From positions 4,544,174-4,608,173 of the forward strand of contig OW818680.1 of assembly GCA_942493055.1 (NCBI GenBank): a stretch of DNA of 64,000 bases, given 5' to 3'. Source of the stretch: an uncultured bacterium. GTDB lineage: Bacteria > Verrucomicrobiota > Kiritimatiellia > RFP12 > UBA1067. The notes below the pieces were generated by a model, which saw only the letters and a list, made by a program, of their open reading frames with translations, searched no databases and was not told where the DNA came from. The position numbers and the translations under genes were made by a program. Shown here piece after piece: positions 46,372-55,345 of this stretch (positions within the stretch are counted from its first letter, which is position 1; every line of letters starts with the position of its first letter).

Positions 46372-46440
46372 GGGAGTCGATGGGAGTCGAGGAAATCGAT
46401 AGAGTCGACAGAATCGAATCAGTCGATTCCATCGATTCGG
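46372..46440. promoter_or_regulatory. Iteron-like array: about 7 (A/G)(G)TCGA(T) cores at about 9-10 bp periodicity upstream of the duplicated operator/promoter
   Basis: gagtcgatgggagtcgaggaaatcgatagagtcgacagaatcgaatcagtcgattccatcgattcggg. Many cores are the palindrome ATCGAT/GTCGAC. Confidence 0.35.
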
Positions 46441-46452
46441 GCGAATTGATCG

Positions 46453-46468
46453 CAGACAGGAATGTCTG
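46453..46468. promoter_or_regulatory. Second copy of CAGACAggaaTGTCTG palindrome (putative operator)
   Basis: Identical to about 30587. Followed by gtgccaccttg. Confidence 0.4.
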
Positions 46469-46525
46469 TGCCACCTTGAATAACAAACAATAAATAAAAT
46501 AAAATAGAAATAAGTAAAAATACTA

Positions 46526-46554
46526 GTTGACAACAAACATAAACAAATAGTAAT
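46526..46554 (+). promoter_or_regulatory. Sigma70-like promoter TTGACA - 17 bp - TAATAT, duplicate of the promoter at about 30670
   Basis: ttgacaacaaacataaacaaatagtaatat, then ggcgtttta. Upstream AT-rich aataaaataaaata is shared with the first copy. Confidence 0.5.
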
Positions 46555-46641
46555 ATAGCGGCGTTTTAGGAGATTGTGAATTTGATGGAAGAGGAAAGAG
46601 GATTGAGTTATCATGATGCACATTAAAGTGAGTACTGCTTC

Positions 46642-47562
46642 ATGAATGAGTCAGAAAAAAAATGTTGCGTGTGCGGGCAGGCGTTGCCGAATCGCTGGGC
46701 GATCGGCGGGCGCTGTACGGAGAAGGGATGCGAGGCTCTGTTTTGCAGACTTCATGCGAGCCAGGGCAATGGACAGTGTCGGGCGCATGGCTGGAAGGAG
46801 AAAGCGATGAATACAATTATGGGAAGCCGGAAGTCGGAAATGAAAAGCCAGGATCGTGCGGCGGAGCGCGCGGAGGAACTGAGGCTCGTCCGGCAGGCTA
46901 CGGCTGACCTGGCCAAGAAGGCCATGGCAGGAACCCTCTTCCTGGCACAAAAGATTGGCGCGGGCGCAAAGACGATCTGGGCGAAGCTGCATGTGGACCG
47001 CTCCCCGGAGGCGATGCTGAGTTCCCTGCATGGCAGCCTGGATGAGAATACAGTGCGCCGTGAGAAGGCGGCAACAGAGATGGAAGCCCTTCATATCCAA
47101 ATCGCAGCCAAGAAGAAGCTCTATCAAGCCGCTGCGCCTGTGCGTCAACGGATGCTGAAGACGGAGCTGCAGACCCTGATGACGCATTACAAGAGTCTTG
47201 AGCGCGAGTTCATGCTGCTGTCGGAGAACGAGAAGACGATTCTGACCATCAAGGGGCGGTTTATGGAGTTGATTGCGCATGGTCTGCGCGGCAAGGTGGA
47301 TGAAGATCTGATTGACCGGCTGGCCAGCGATGTCGAGGACAAGACCGATGACGCGGAATCCATCCAGGATGCCATGGGCGACCTTGAAAAGGCGGGACGT
47401 CGGAAGGATCGCGAAGGGGGCGATTTCGACTCCGAGCTGGCGGGCTTTGGCGATATCGAATTGCCCGCCTCCGCAGAGGAGACAAAAGAGGGCACAGCAA
47501 GCGAGCCGCCCCTTTCAAGCACACCCCGTATTACGGGCAAGGAAGAGCCGCTGGCGGAGTAA
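46642..47562 (+). CDS. N-terminal zinc ribbon + long coiled coil protein (weak ESCRT-III/PspA-like resemblance), acidic C-terminus
   Basis: 'CCVCGQALPNRWAIGGRCTEKGCEALFCRLHASQGNGQCRAHGW'. Helical heptad-rich body. 'ILTIKGRFMELIAHGLRGKVDEDLIDRLASDVEDKTDDAESIQDAMGDL' loosely parallels the Snf7 C-terminal helices. Driven by a copy of the 30670 promoter. Confidence 0.45.
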   Translation: MNESEKKCCVCGQALPNRWAIGGRCTEKGCEALFCRLHASQGNGQCRAHGWKEKAMNTIMGSRKSEMKSQDRAAERAEELRLVRQATADLAKKAMAGTLFLAQKIGAGAKTIWAKLHVDRSPEAMLSSLHGSLDENTVRREKAATEMEALHIQIAAKKKLYQAAAPVRQRMLKTELQTLMTHYKSLEREFMLLSENEKTILTIKGRFMELIAHGLRGKVDEDLIDRLASDVEDKTDDAESIQDAMGDLEKAGRRKDREGGDFDSELAGFGDIELPASAEETKEGTASEPPLSSTPRITGKEEPLAE

Positions 47563-47616
47563 TGAAGATAAATTTCCACTGCACAAATGCGGTGGCACAA
47601 ACAAAGGAGCAACAAC

Positions 47617-48780
47617 ATGAAGAGATTCACACAGTACACAGCGGCGCTGATGGTGGCGATCGGCGTGGTGCGTTCCGTTGGCGCAGGCGAGCGCGAACTG
47701 TCCTACGCGATTGAAGACACCTCCTTCCAGTCGGTCATGCAACTGACCTCGGATGTGCAGGGCAAGGCTAAAAATATCGCCTTTGTCAAGCTGACCTACC
47801 CCAACAGCCCGGCGCCAGTGCCGAACTGGCGCAATTTGGTCTCTGTGTTTGAGACCAGCCTGATCAAGGACAAGCCCCAGGGGCTCTCCTTTGTGACGCA
47901 TGCGGACAAGACAGAGGACTGGACCGAGATTGACAAGGTCTTTGATGCGGTCACCGATTTCGGCGACTATGATCCGAAGACACTGCCGAAGACCGGCATC
48001 TTCAAAGTGTGCGACGCCTTCCTGGTCGGACAGCTTATCGATGCCCGCGAGAAGGATGGAGAAAGCTCTGTGCGCGTGGCCTTGAGACTCATCAAGGTGG
48101 AAACCTCTGAAGTCCTGTGGGCTGCGACGGTCGAAGGTGTGTATGAAGCACCGCTCGCAGAGCCCGAGGTGACGATGGATATGCGCAAGGCCTTGGTGCT
48201 CGCGGCGGAAGATGCCGTTAAAGCATTAGATGCAAAAGCCGCTGGTTATCAGGCGCTGCTGATGCCCTTCAAAGGCGAGTTTGGCAAGACCACGCGGGAT
48301 GTTTTTCTTAGTGCCCTCAGCAAAGCGGACAAGAAGGTGACCGTCCTGGCGTTGCCGGAAGAGGGCGATGACCGCCGCATGGCCCGCTTCCTGCGTAACC
48401 GGGTCGAGAACGGCAAGGGGATCAACAGCTCCGTGCTCCAATGGATCGTCAAGAAGTCGAACAGCGGGAGCGAAGCGGGCAAATGGGCGATCCTGGACGG
48501 CAAGGTCGCGACGCAGGTGGATGCCTATAAAGGGAAGCCAGTCCGCTGGGAGGCTGTCCTGGATGCGCAACTCAAGGACATCAACAACAATTTCGCTGTG
48601 GTTTCCTCTGTCAGCGGCACAGGTGTGCGCAAGTCGACCGTGGACGGGGAGAATCTCACCTGGTGGGATAAGGTTGTCCTAGAGTTGCAGGGAGGCATGA
48701 ATCTGTCCCGTGTCGCACTCCTCGTGGGAATTCTCATCTTGTGCGTGTTTGTCTATAAATTTATGATCCGTGTTCGTTAA
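47617..48780 (+). CDS. Secreted protein with C-terminal membrane anchor; two LpoB/CsgG-like alpha/beta modules
   Basis: Start ATG 47617 (RBS aaaggagc). Signal peptide MKRFTQYTAALMVAIGVVRSVGA. C-terminal helix 'VALLVGILILCVFVYKFMI'. 'GIFKVCDAFLVGQLIDAREKDGESSVRVALRLIKVETSEVLWAATVEGVY' is a motif-level match. Confidence 0.4.
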   Translation: MKRFTQYTAALMVAIGVVRSVGAGERELSYAIEDTSFQSVMQLTSDVQGKAKNIAFVKLTYPNSPAPVPNWRNLVSVFETSLIKDKPQGLSFVTHADKTEDWTEIDKVFDAVTDFGDYDPKTLPKTGIFKVCDAFLVGQLIDAREKDGESSVRVALRLIKVETSEVLWAATVEGVYEAPLAEPEVTMDMRKALVLAAEDAVKALDAKAAGYQALLMPFKGEFGKTTRDVFLSALSKADKKVTVLALPEEGDDRRMARFLRNRVENGKGINSSVLQWIVKKSNSGSEAGKWAILDGKVATQVDAYKGKPVRWEAVLDAQLKDINNNFAVVSSVSGTGVRKSTVDGENLTWWDKVVLELQGGMNLSRVALLVGILILCVFVYKFMIRVR

Positions 48781-48793
48781 CAGGAGATTATCT

Positions 48794-49681
48794 ATGAAAA
48801 AAAATATCACCTTCCTTTCAATCACAGCCGGGCTTTTGGTGTTGACAGCGTGCAGAACCGTTGACACGAAAGCCTCGGGTTATCAGACCGTCACAGCCCA
48901 GGGTCAGCCCGTCGTGACCAGCCCCGGCACGATTCAGACGCAGCAGCCAGGGCTTGTGAAAGCTGTTGGAGCACGTCCGGACGCCGTGAATCTGCGTCCC
49001 CAGGAGACGCAGATGGCCACGGCCTCCTCCGTGCTTGAGCAGATACGCGTGCTGGTACGTCCAAGCGCCTCTGGCGAGTCGGCCGCGCAGACCGCCACCT
49101 ACCTGCGCAACGGCGTGCAGGGTGCCCTCGCAAAGGCCGGCTACAGGGTGGTTTATGCAGGCCCAGCTGAAATCATCGCCGACCTGACGGTGAACAGCGC
49201 GCCGCTGAATGCCCGCGGGACACGGGTGGTCTACAAGGGCGATGTGGATGTGGCGGTCACGCGTACGCCGGAGTATAATGCCATTGTAGGGCAGCACGTG
49301 AAGGATGTCATCGCGCGAAACCGTTTTGATGTGACAGGCGCGCCAGGGCGAGGGGAGGGCGATGCGCTCAAGAGTGTTGCGGACAAGATGAGCGCCGAGG
49401 TCTCGCCTTGGCTGGCGGATGCCTGCATCAAGGTTGGCGGCAAGATGGAGATTTGCATCGTGACGATCGCCAATGCCTGGTTCCTTTCGCCGCACTCCGA
49501 ATACCCGACACAGTTTGTCCGGCGTGTCCGTGAGCTGGGCGGCGTGTATGACTGCACGATTTTGGCGACAGACAACGTCAACAAGACCATACAAGCGCGC
49601 ATTGTTTACGACAAGGATCGCTTCCCGGACGGGTTGATCAACCGACTCTACACGATTAAAGAGCTGAACATTCACAGGTAA
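48794..49681 (+). CDS. Lipoprotein (lipobox LTAC), LpoB-like module
   Basis: MKKNITFLSITAGLLVLTAC. 'YLRNGVQGALAKAGYRVVYAGPAEIIADLTVNSAPLNARGTRVVYKGDVDVAVT'. Confidence 0.4.
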   Translation: MKKNITFLSITAGLLVLTACRTVDTKASGYQTVTAQGQPVVTSPGTIQTQQPGLVKAVGARPDAVNLRPQETQMATASSVLEQIRVLVRPSASGESAAQTATYLRNGVQGALAKAGYRVVYAGPAEIIADLTVNSAPLNARGTRVVYKGDVDVAVTRTPEYNAIVGQHVKDVIARNRFDVTGAPGRGEGDALKSVADKMSAEVSPWLADACIKVGGKMEICIVTIANAWFLSPHSEYPTQFVRRVRELGGVYDCTILATDNVNKTIQARIVYDKDRFPDGLINRLYTIKELNIHR

Positions 49682-49686
49682 CAAAC

Positions 49687-50328
49687 ATGAAACAGATCTT
49701 TAGTCTTGGATTGTCAATGGGTCTTGCGTGTGCGGCCTTCGCCGGCACGGACATGCGCTCCGGGCACCCTGCTGGGCTCCCGCCGCCCTTGCCGCCGGAC
49801 GTGGTGCCTGTTGAGACCTCCGGCTCCTCCTCTGCCCTCACGCCAAAGCCTGATGACGAGCCCGTGACGCCCCTGGCAATCACCCTTCTCGGCTTCAGCG
49901 TTCCCTATACAACGGGCTGGGACATCTATGGGCTACGTCTCAACACGTGCATTCCAGGATGGAGTGTCGGACATGACGATATCTTCGGCCTCGATGTCGG
50001 GTTGAGCGGAGAGTTGTCAGGCGATGCTGCGGGAATCAGCTGCAACGTATTTGACAACATCTGTGATGATTTTGGAGGCATACAGATCGGGGGGCTTTAC
50101 AATCGGATTCGTGGCGATACACCTGCGGCGATTCAGCTTACATTTATCCACAACCGGGTGAACGCGATGAATGGCATACAGCTTGGTGGCCTTTGGAATG
50201 TGGCCACCCGTTTGTATGGGTTGCAAATTGGACTTGTCAATTATGCGGAAAGCGGCGCAGGGCTCCAGATCGGAATATGGAACCAATGCGGCACGATTGC
50301 TTCACCCATTCTGGGCGTGGTCTTTTAA
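49687..50328 (+). CDS. Secreted Gly-rich repeat protein (GLQIG/GIQLGG repeats), beta-rich outer-membrane-like
   Basis: Signal peptide. Repeats 'GIQIGGLYN', 'GIQLGGLWN', 'GLQIGLVNY', 'GLQIGIWNQ'. Confidence 0.35.
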   Translation: MKQIFSLGLSMGLACAAFAGTDMRSGHPAGLPPPLPPDVVPVETSGSSSALTPKPDDEPVTPLAITLLGFSVPYTTGWDIYGLRLNTCIPGWSVGHDDIFGLDVGLSGELSGDAAGISCNVFDNICDDFGGIQIGGLYNRIRGDTPAAIQLTFIHNRVNAMNGIQLGGLWNVATRLYGLQIGLVNYAESGAGLQIGIWNQCGTIASPILGVVF

Positions 50329-50374
50329 TAGCAAGCCCGTCATTTCAATGAAATTATCGAAAGGGATGTTTTAA

Positions 50375-50560
50375 ATGAACCGCAAAGAGCAATTACAAAA
50401 CGAACATCAGGGACGTGTGGATCGGATGCGCATCGATTCTCCGCTGCCCAGACGCGTCATGCCGCAGCAGCGGTGGAGTATGCGAGGGATGATATTGATT
50501 CTTCTTGGCGCACTCGTACTGACAGGCGTAGCTGTGTGGGCTTTATTTGGAGGAATTTAA
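50375..50560 (+). CDS. Small (61-aa) protein with C-terminal TM helix; stop immediately precedes the lipoprotein ATG
   Basis: 'MRGMILILLGALVLTGVAVWALFGGI'. taa-gc-ATG junction with 50563. Its 3' part is inside the 537-bp direct repeat. Confidence 0.3.
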   Translation: MNRKEQLQNEHQGRVDRMRIDSPLPRRVMPQQRWSMRGMILILLGALVLTGVAVWALFGGI

Positions 50561-50984
50561 GCATGAGAATCAATTTTACCTCACTTATTCAACGGCGCTC
50601 GGCTCGGAGATGCCTCTGGTTTTGGGGACTCCTATCGCTTGCACTGATTCTTTCACTGGGTTCGTGCGCGTCACACCATTTCGTGCGAACAGATAAGGGG
50701 TGGGTGGTCGTCAACAAACGCTTTGTCGGCATTTTGGGAACGTGCGCGGATGTCAGGGGCTGGAAATGGGCGGATGTTGTGGCTCACCCCGATCTTTCAC
50801 AGGCCTTGATCCAGGCCGGGTATAGCGACGTATTGCCCAAAGAGCCTACGCTGCTGGATAAGACGATTGAGAAAACAAAACAGGTGGCCGAGGAGGTGAT
50901 TTCCAAAGGCACCAATGCGTGGCAATCGCTTAAGACGAAAATGTCAAAGACAAATAGTGTACAGACGGCTACCACGCCTTAGCT
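50448..50984. repeat. Direct repeat copy 1 (about 537 bp, more than 99% identical to 55343..55879)
   Basis: Identity begins at gacgcgtcatgccgcagcagcggtgg and ends at ggctaccacgccttagc. One visible mismatch (agtgtacag vs agtatacag). Confidence 0.7.
50563..50982 (+). CDS. Small lipoprotein (lipobox LGSC)
   Basis: MRINFTSLIQRRSARRCLWFWGLLSLALILSLGSCAS. 139 aa. Duplicated at about 55451..55870. Confidence 0.45.
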   Translation: MRINFTSLIQRRSARRCLWFWGLLSLALILSLGSCASHHFVRTDKGWVVVNKRFVGILGTCADVRGWKWADVVAHPDLSQALIQAGYSDVLPKEPTLLDKTIEKTKQVAEEVISKGTNAWQSLKTKMSKTNSVQTATTP

Positions 50985-51046
50985 CTTAACATGATGCTAG
51001 TTTTTTGATTAGGCTGAAAAACAGACTGTCGCTAAAGGAAAAGAAA

Positions 51047-52522
51047 ATGAAAAAAACTGTGCCTGCTGGAAAAACAGTGATTTTGTCCAAACGGGAACAA
51101 GTTTACAGATGGATTCCATTATGCATATGCAGATTTCTGCTTAGTTTTGGTTTCATCGTCATTCTCGCACCTCAAGCACAAGCACAGTCTGCGAGTATTG
51201 GAGGGGATTTACGGAACACAACGGTGGAAATCGGAGACAGCATGAAGGAGGGCGACGTTGTACTAAATCTGATGAAGGATCAAGAAAAGACGAAAGCCAG
51301 TGGAGGAGTGACTGTTAAAAGAAAAGAGCAGGTTTCATTTGACGAAACAGGCTCCCTGATTACAAAAACAGCTGGCTTCTGGAAAGGACTGGAGGCGCAG
51401 ACGTATACTGTAACCTGTTACAACAATGAAGGTGCAGGAATTGCCAAATTGGAACTCCAAGGCGAAGTGAGATGGGATAGCGAACGTAATGTGATCAAAG
51501 GGAAAGAGAATTTTCTGCGAATTAATACCCGTAGTGCGCCCAACAAGTGGATTAAAATTGAAGTGACAGATCTCGTGGACGGCAGGTTGATAATTGTTAC
51601 CGAAAAAGGGAAGTCGTACATTGTCGACATGTTATCCAACTCGTTTATGGCAAGGATAGAGGAGAAAGAGACAACCGTTCAGGCCACATCTTTATCTTTA
51701 ACAATGAGCATACTTATCGTGTTCGCAGTACTTGTAGTGCTATGTATTGCCTTTGTCGTCTATCGCAGGCAACGGCTGCGTGTTCCAGCAACCTTGCAGG
51801 ACAACAAGGAGAAAACAGCGTGCTTTAGCTACACTGCCTTGACAAAAACTGGAGAACGGGTCTCAAGCAAAATTGAGGCTATCGATACGATGAGTGCTAT
51901 GAGTGCGCTCAAATTGCTGGGGTTGACACCAACATCAATTACAACTTCGGGCTGGAGTACGGGACGCGCTCCCATCAATGTGGAATCACCAGAGTTGCTT
52001 TGTCCGAAATGCAATAAGGTGGTAAAAGTTGATGCAAGAGAGCAGGGGAAGGACATAGCATGTCCTTCATGTAATGAAAATGTTCAAGTATCTCTGGAGA
52101 TCTGTAGTTTTGGGGGTAAGCCAGAGATTATATCATTTCTAGTTATAGGGATTCTATCACTCGCGACGTTCGTTGTATCTCTTACTGAATCGTCGCCAAC
52201 TATACTCGCATTTGTAACGGGTGCGATCTCATGTATATTTGCTCTTCCCTTCGGCCTTATAGTTATAGCAGGAATACTGTCCGAGGTGTTGCAGGTCTTT
52301 ACGCCAGGTGGAGGGAGAGCCATACCGCTTTTCGTGTGGAATGGTGGTATTGATGGCCTGTCACCTGCAGAGTTTCGTGAGTTTAGGTCAAGCCCCACCG
52401 TGTATCGTTTTGCAAAGGTCTACTTATGGCTGGTGGTCAACTCACTTATTGGAGTAGTCGTAACGCTGGTTGCCTTCGCCTGCCTCTATGCGTTTATGGA
52501 ATTTATTCGGCAATCACGCTGA
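51047..52522 (+). CDS. Membrane protein: signal/TM - beta domain - TM - GspF-N-terminal-like motif - zinc ribbon - polytopic C-terminus
   Basis: Start ATG 51047. 'CFSYTALTKTGERVSSKIEAIDTMSAMSALKLLGLTPTSI'. 'CPKCNKVVKVDAREQGKDIACPSCNENVQV'. Multiple hydrophobic helices after aa 380. Low-GC gene. Confidence 0.4.
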   Translation: MKKTVPAGKTVILSKREQVYRWIPLCICRFLLSFGFIVILAPQAQAQSASIGGDLRNTTVEIGDSMKEGDVVLNLMKDQEKTKASGGVTVKRKEQVSFDETGSLITKTAGFWKGLEAQTYTVTCYNNEGAGIAKLELQGEVRWDSERNVIKGKENFLRINTRSAPNKWIKIEVTDLVDGRLIIVTEKGKSYIVDMLSNSFMARIEEKETTVQATSLSLTMSILIVFAVLVVLCIAFVVYRRQRLRVPATLQDNKEKTACFSYTALTKTGERVSSKIEAIDTMSAMSALKLLGLTPTSITTSGWSTGRAPINVESPELLCPKCNKVVKVDAREQGKDIACPSCNENVQVSLEICSFGGKPEIISFLVIGILSLATFVVSLTESSPTILAFVTGAISCIFALPFGLIVIAGILSEVLQVFTPGGGRAIPLFVWNGGIDGLSPAEFREFRSSPTVYRFAKVYLWLVVNSLIGVVVTLVAFACLYAFMEFIRQSR

Positions 52523-52764
52523 TAATTATGGCTTGGAAATGAGGTGTAAAACAATGCGTTTTAATTATTAAGCCAAATCAGAATCGGGTGTACCTGAATC
52601 TGGTGTAATGATATTAAAAGCATCATTCGAAGAACATGTCACATTTCCTCTTGCTTCTGAAATGCCAAACAGCAATAATAGTTGCAACTTGTTTCAATTG
52701 CTATCAAAAGAAAACGAATTTTCACTAGACGTTGGCTACGAAAAAAAACACCAGAATAGGAGAT

Positions 52765-53841
52765 ATGGCCATGCAGAAGAGATATTCCATGATCAGGACG
52801 AGTGGCGGCAATTTAAGCGTAGCCGCCATTATTACCTTTGTGCTTATGCTAATGCAAGGTTGCACCACGGTGAAGGATCATAAGTTCATCTATGTGGGCA
52901 TGAACACGGAGAACCTGACTCAGGAGGTCACAGTTGAAAGCAATCCAAAGGCAAAGCTCTATTTAGGGGGTAAGTACCTCGGCGAAACGCCGATGATCGT
53001 ACCGTTGTCTTATGAACAGACGAAGATAAACCTTGAGCACCGCGAGAGACAGATAGGGTTCGGTTCGGAAAAAATACTCTCTTGTGATCGTCACACGGAG
53101 ACGTTTCTCACTCCGAAAACATATGTTCTGGATCTTAGGGCCAAGGGCTATTCTGAAAGACAGTTCACAGTTGAAGTGCCAAGCGAAACAAAACAAGTCA
53201 CTGTATCACTCGACTCTGAAAAAGCAGTCATATCACCCATAGAGTGTTCGATTTTAATTGAAGCGCGCCAAGAACATTTCAAGGCCATAGAAGCTGTTTT
53301 AGTTCAGTATGTTGTTCCGGATACCAAGGTTCTGACGGATGGTGAGCGCCGGACAGTGGCGAATACTACGCTACATTCTCAACTCTACACGCTGACGCTC
53401 CATAGCCCGTTTGCGTTTGTGAATCTAACACAGGAACTGCAATCTCTGGCAGATACACGAGACTTCACTTTTATGACAAGCGGAGCAAAAGTACAAGCGA
53501 TCTACAAGGCCAATGAACTCAGGACGGGTATTGAGATGGTCGTCCATGGGAAAGGACGTCCAGGAGCCCAGCAATACCTGATTCGCAACGGAAAAGTAAT
53601 GCAGCTAAGTCCTGACGGTTATGGTAACTGGCAGCAGAAATTCTTCCTAACGGAAGGGGAGAAAGTTGTTCAGCATCTATCACTATTCAAGAGCGATGCA
53701 GCAGTTTTTTCAGTATTTAACGAAATAAATATATATAAACCATCAGCACCCGTTGTATTGACGCGAGCGGAGTTTCTAATGAAGGCCGGCCTAACGGAGC
53801 AAGAACTTGACAGCCTGATTGAGATGGCGAAGGGCAACTAG
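52765..53841 (+). CDS. Lipoprotein with PEGA-like beta domain
   Basis: Start ATG 52765 (RBS ataggagat). 'ITFVLMLMQGCTT' lipobox. 'VTVESNPKAKLYLGGKYLGETPMIVPL' is PEGA-like. Confidence 0.35.
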   Translation: MAMQKRYSMIRTSGGNLSVAAIITFVLMLMQGCTTVKDHKFIYVGMNTENLTQEVTVESNPKAKLYLGGKYLGETPMIVPLSYEQTKINLEHRERQIGFGSEKILSCDRHTETFLTPKTYVLDLRAKGYSERQFTVEVPSETKQVTVSLDSEKAVISPIECSILIEARQEHFKAIEAVLVQYVVPDTKVLTDGERRTVANTTLHSQLYTLTLHSPFAFVNLTQELQSLADTRDFTFMTSGAKVQAIYKANELRTGIEMVVHGKGRPGAQQYLIRNGKVMQLSPDGYGNWQQKFFLTEGEKVVQHLSLFKSDAAVFSVFNEINIYKPSAPVVLTRAEFLMKAGLTEQELDSLIEMAKGN

Positions 53842-53870
53842 TCAGCGAGAGGACGACAGTCGGCAAGAAA

Positions 53871-54656
53871 ATGAACTTTACATATACGGCCAGAGATAAG
53901 ACAGGAACCATTGTGTCAGGAGTTGTTCAGGCTATTGACAGGGTGGGGGCTCTACGTGAAATCAATAGTTTGGGGCATATTCCATTATCGCTCACGCAGC
54001 CCCATGAACGTCAAATTTCAACACGTATATTGAATGGCTATACGAGCGGAAGCCTGCTTAGTCGGCGGTGTTTAATTGGGCTGATCATGGTGGCTATCAC
54101 GCTAACCGTTGTAGCCCTTGTATTTCTTGTTTCCACCTTTTTTTGCGCGAATACAAAAGGGACTTATACAGGAACCATAAGAGGGCGTCTCTGGGTGAAT
54201 GTCATAGACGGCAATCAGAGAGGTGTTCTCGTCACTGTCAAAGGGACAAGCTGCTTTTTGAATGTGCCCCTTGTTGATGCGATAAGGCAAAATGTCATTA
54301 CTGTAACTCCTGTCCGTACAAAAGAGAAATGGGAATCCCACGGTAGCACTTTTAATTACGAATATCTTGAAATTTCCAGCGGTGGCTACACGGTTGAAGA
54401 AACCATTAATGGCAAGCTTCTAAAGTTGTTAGCTGAACCCAAGGATATCGAAAACGCAACCCTTGTGTTGAGCGCCGACCGGACCGCTATACAAGAAATA
54501 GTGCTAAGCAATAAGTCCATACAACGAGCACCGACAAGTGCAGAACCTACATTCCCTAAGAAAATGGCCAGTGAGCCCCCTTTTAATAAAGTCTCGAATA
54601 ATTTAAGCAAAGATCATACACCCGAATCTCAAAAAATTCGGACCGAGTCGTGGTAG
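53871..54656 (+). CDS. Bitopic membrane protein with N-terminal GspF-N-terminal-like motif
   Basis: 'MNFTYTARDKTGTIVSGVVQAIDRVGALREINSLGHIPLSL'. TM 'LIGLIMVAITLTVVALVFLVSTFF'. Extracellular beta-rich domain follows. Confidence 0.4.
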   Translation: MNFTYTARDKTGTIVSGVVQAIDRVGALREINSLGHIPLSLTQPHERQISTRILNGYTSGSLLSRRCLIGLIMVAITLTVVALVFLVSTFFCANTKGTYTGTIRGRLWVNVIDGNQRGVLVTVKGTSCFLNVPLVDAIRQNVITVTPVRTKEKWESHGSTFNYEYLEISSGGYTVEETINGKLLKLLAEPKDIENATLVLSADRTAIQEIVLSNKSIQRAPTSAEPTFPKKMASEPPFNKVSNNLSKDHTPESQKIRTESW

Positions 54657-54765
54657 TGTGGTGTTATTCAAGACAATGAATAAGATACGATGCCACTCGT
54701 TTAGTAAAGGGCGACAAAGGGACAGACAAGGCTTACGGAGAGAAGTTCGTTAGTGCATGAGTGTG

Positions 54766-55140
54766 TTAGTGTATTAGTGATACTTGAAACTGGGCTTGCA
54801 AGGAACTGGGGGAACAGGCATCCTGCCTGTTGGGTGAGTGCACAGGCAGGATGCCTATGCTCCCAGTGACGTTCACCTTCTTGTCGCTCCCGAATACGCT
54901 TATCTTAGCGCCATTCTTGTCTATCCCCTTATCACCGTTCTCCTTTGCTTTGCCTTCAGAAAAGGAGCGTGGGCGTCCCGCCCGCACGGAGCCGGGACGG
55001 CTCCGCCACCTTGGCCCGCAATCAGCCGCAGACAGGAATGTCTGCGCCACCTTGGGGAGACAGGGGGACAGACAAGAATGGCTTTCGCGGAACATCCACC
55101 TTCGCGATGCCTACGGCGGACAGGTCGAACGCACTGAGTG
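54766..55140. repeat. Composite mosaic repeat (family D, copy 2) including a third copy of the CAGACAggaaTGTCTG palindrome
   Basis: gaaacttgaaactgg...cctgcctgttgggtg, gtgcacaggcaggatgcctatgctccc (reverse complement of the 18170-18375 block), ttctcctttgc...gcgtgggcgtcccgcc, cagacaggaatgtctgcgccaccttggggagacaggggg. Confidence 0.45.
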
Positions 55141-55142
55141 CG

Positions 55143-55345
55143 AGATGGTTATTTTTGAGCGTCGTTACTCTGCGGGGCGGTGTCTGCCTTAGGGATGATA
55201 TGGTTTGGATTGGCTTTGACCGTTGCGATCTCGCGGTTGACTTTCAAAGCATCGTCAATTTTTCCGCTTTTCGTATATTCGTCCTGAAGGGCTTTCAATC
55301 CGCTCAAATAAGACTGGGCGAGCTTTGACAGTTGCTCGGACGCGT
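55143..55345 (-). pseudogene. Truncated duplicate (about 200 bp, about 97% identity) of the 3' end of gene 57648..58883
   Basis: Matches 57640-57845 including 8 bp past that gene's stop. Fused directly to direct-repeat copy 2. Confidence 0.6.
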
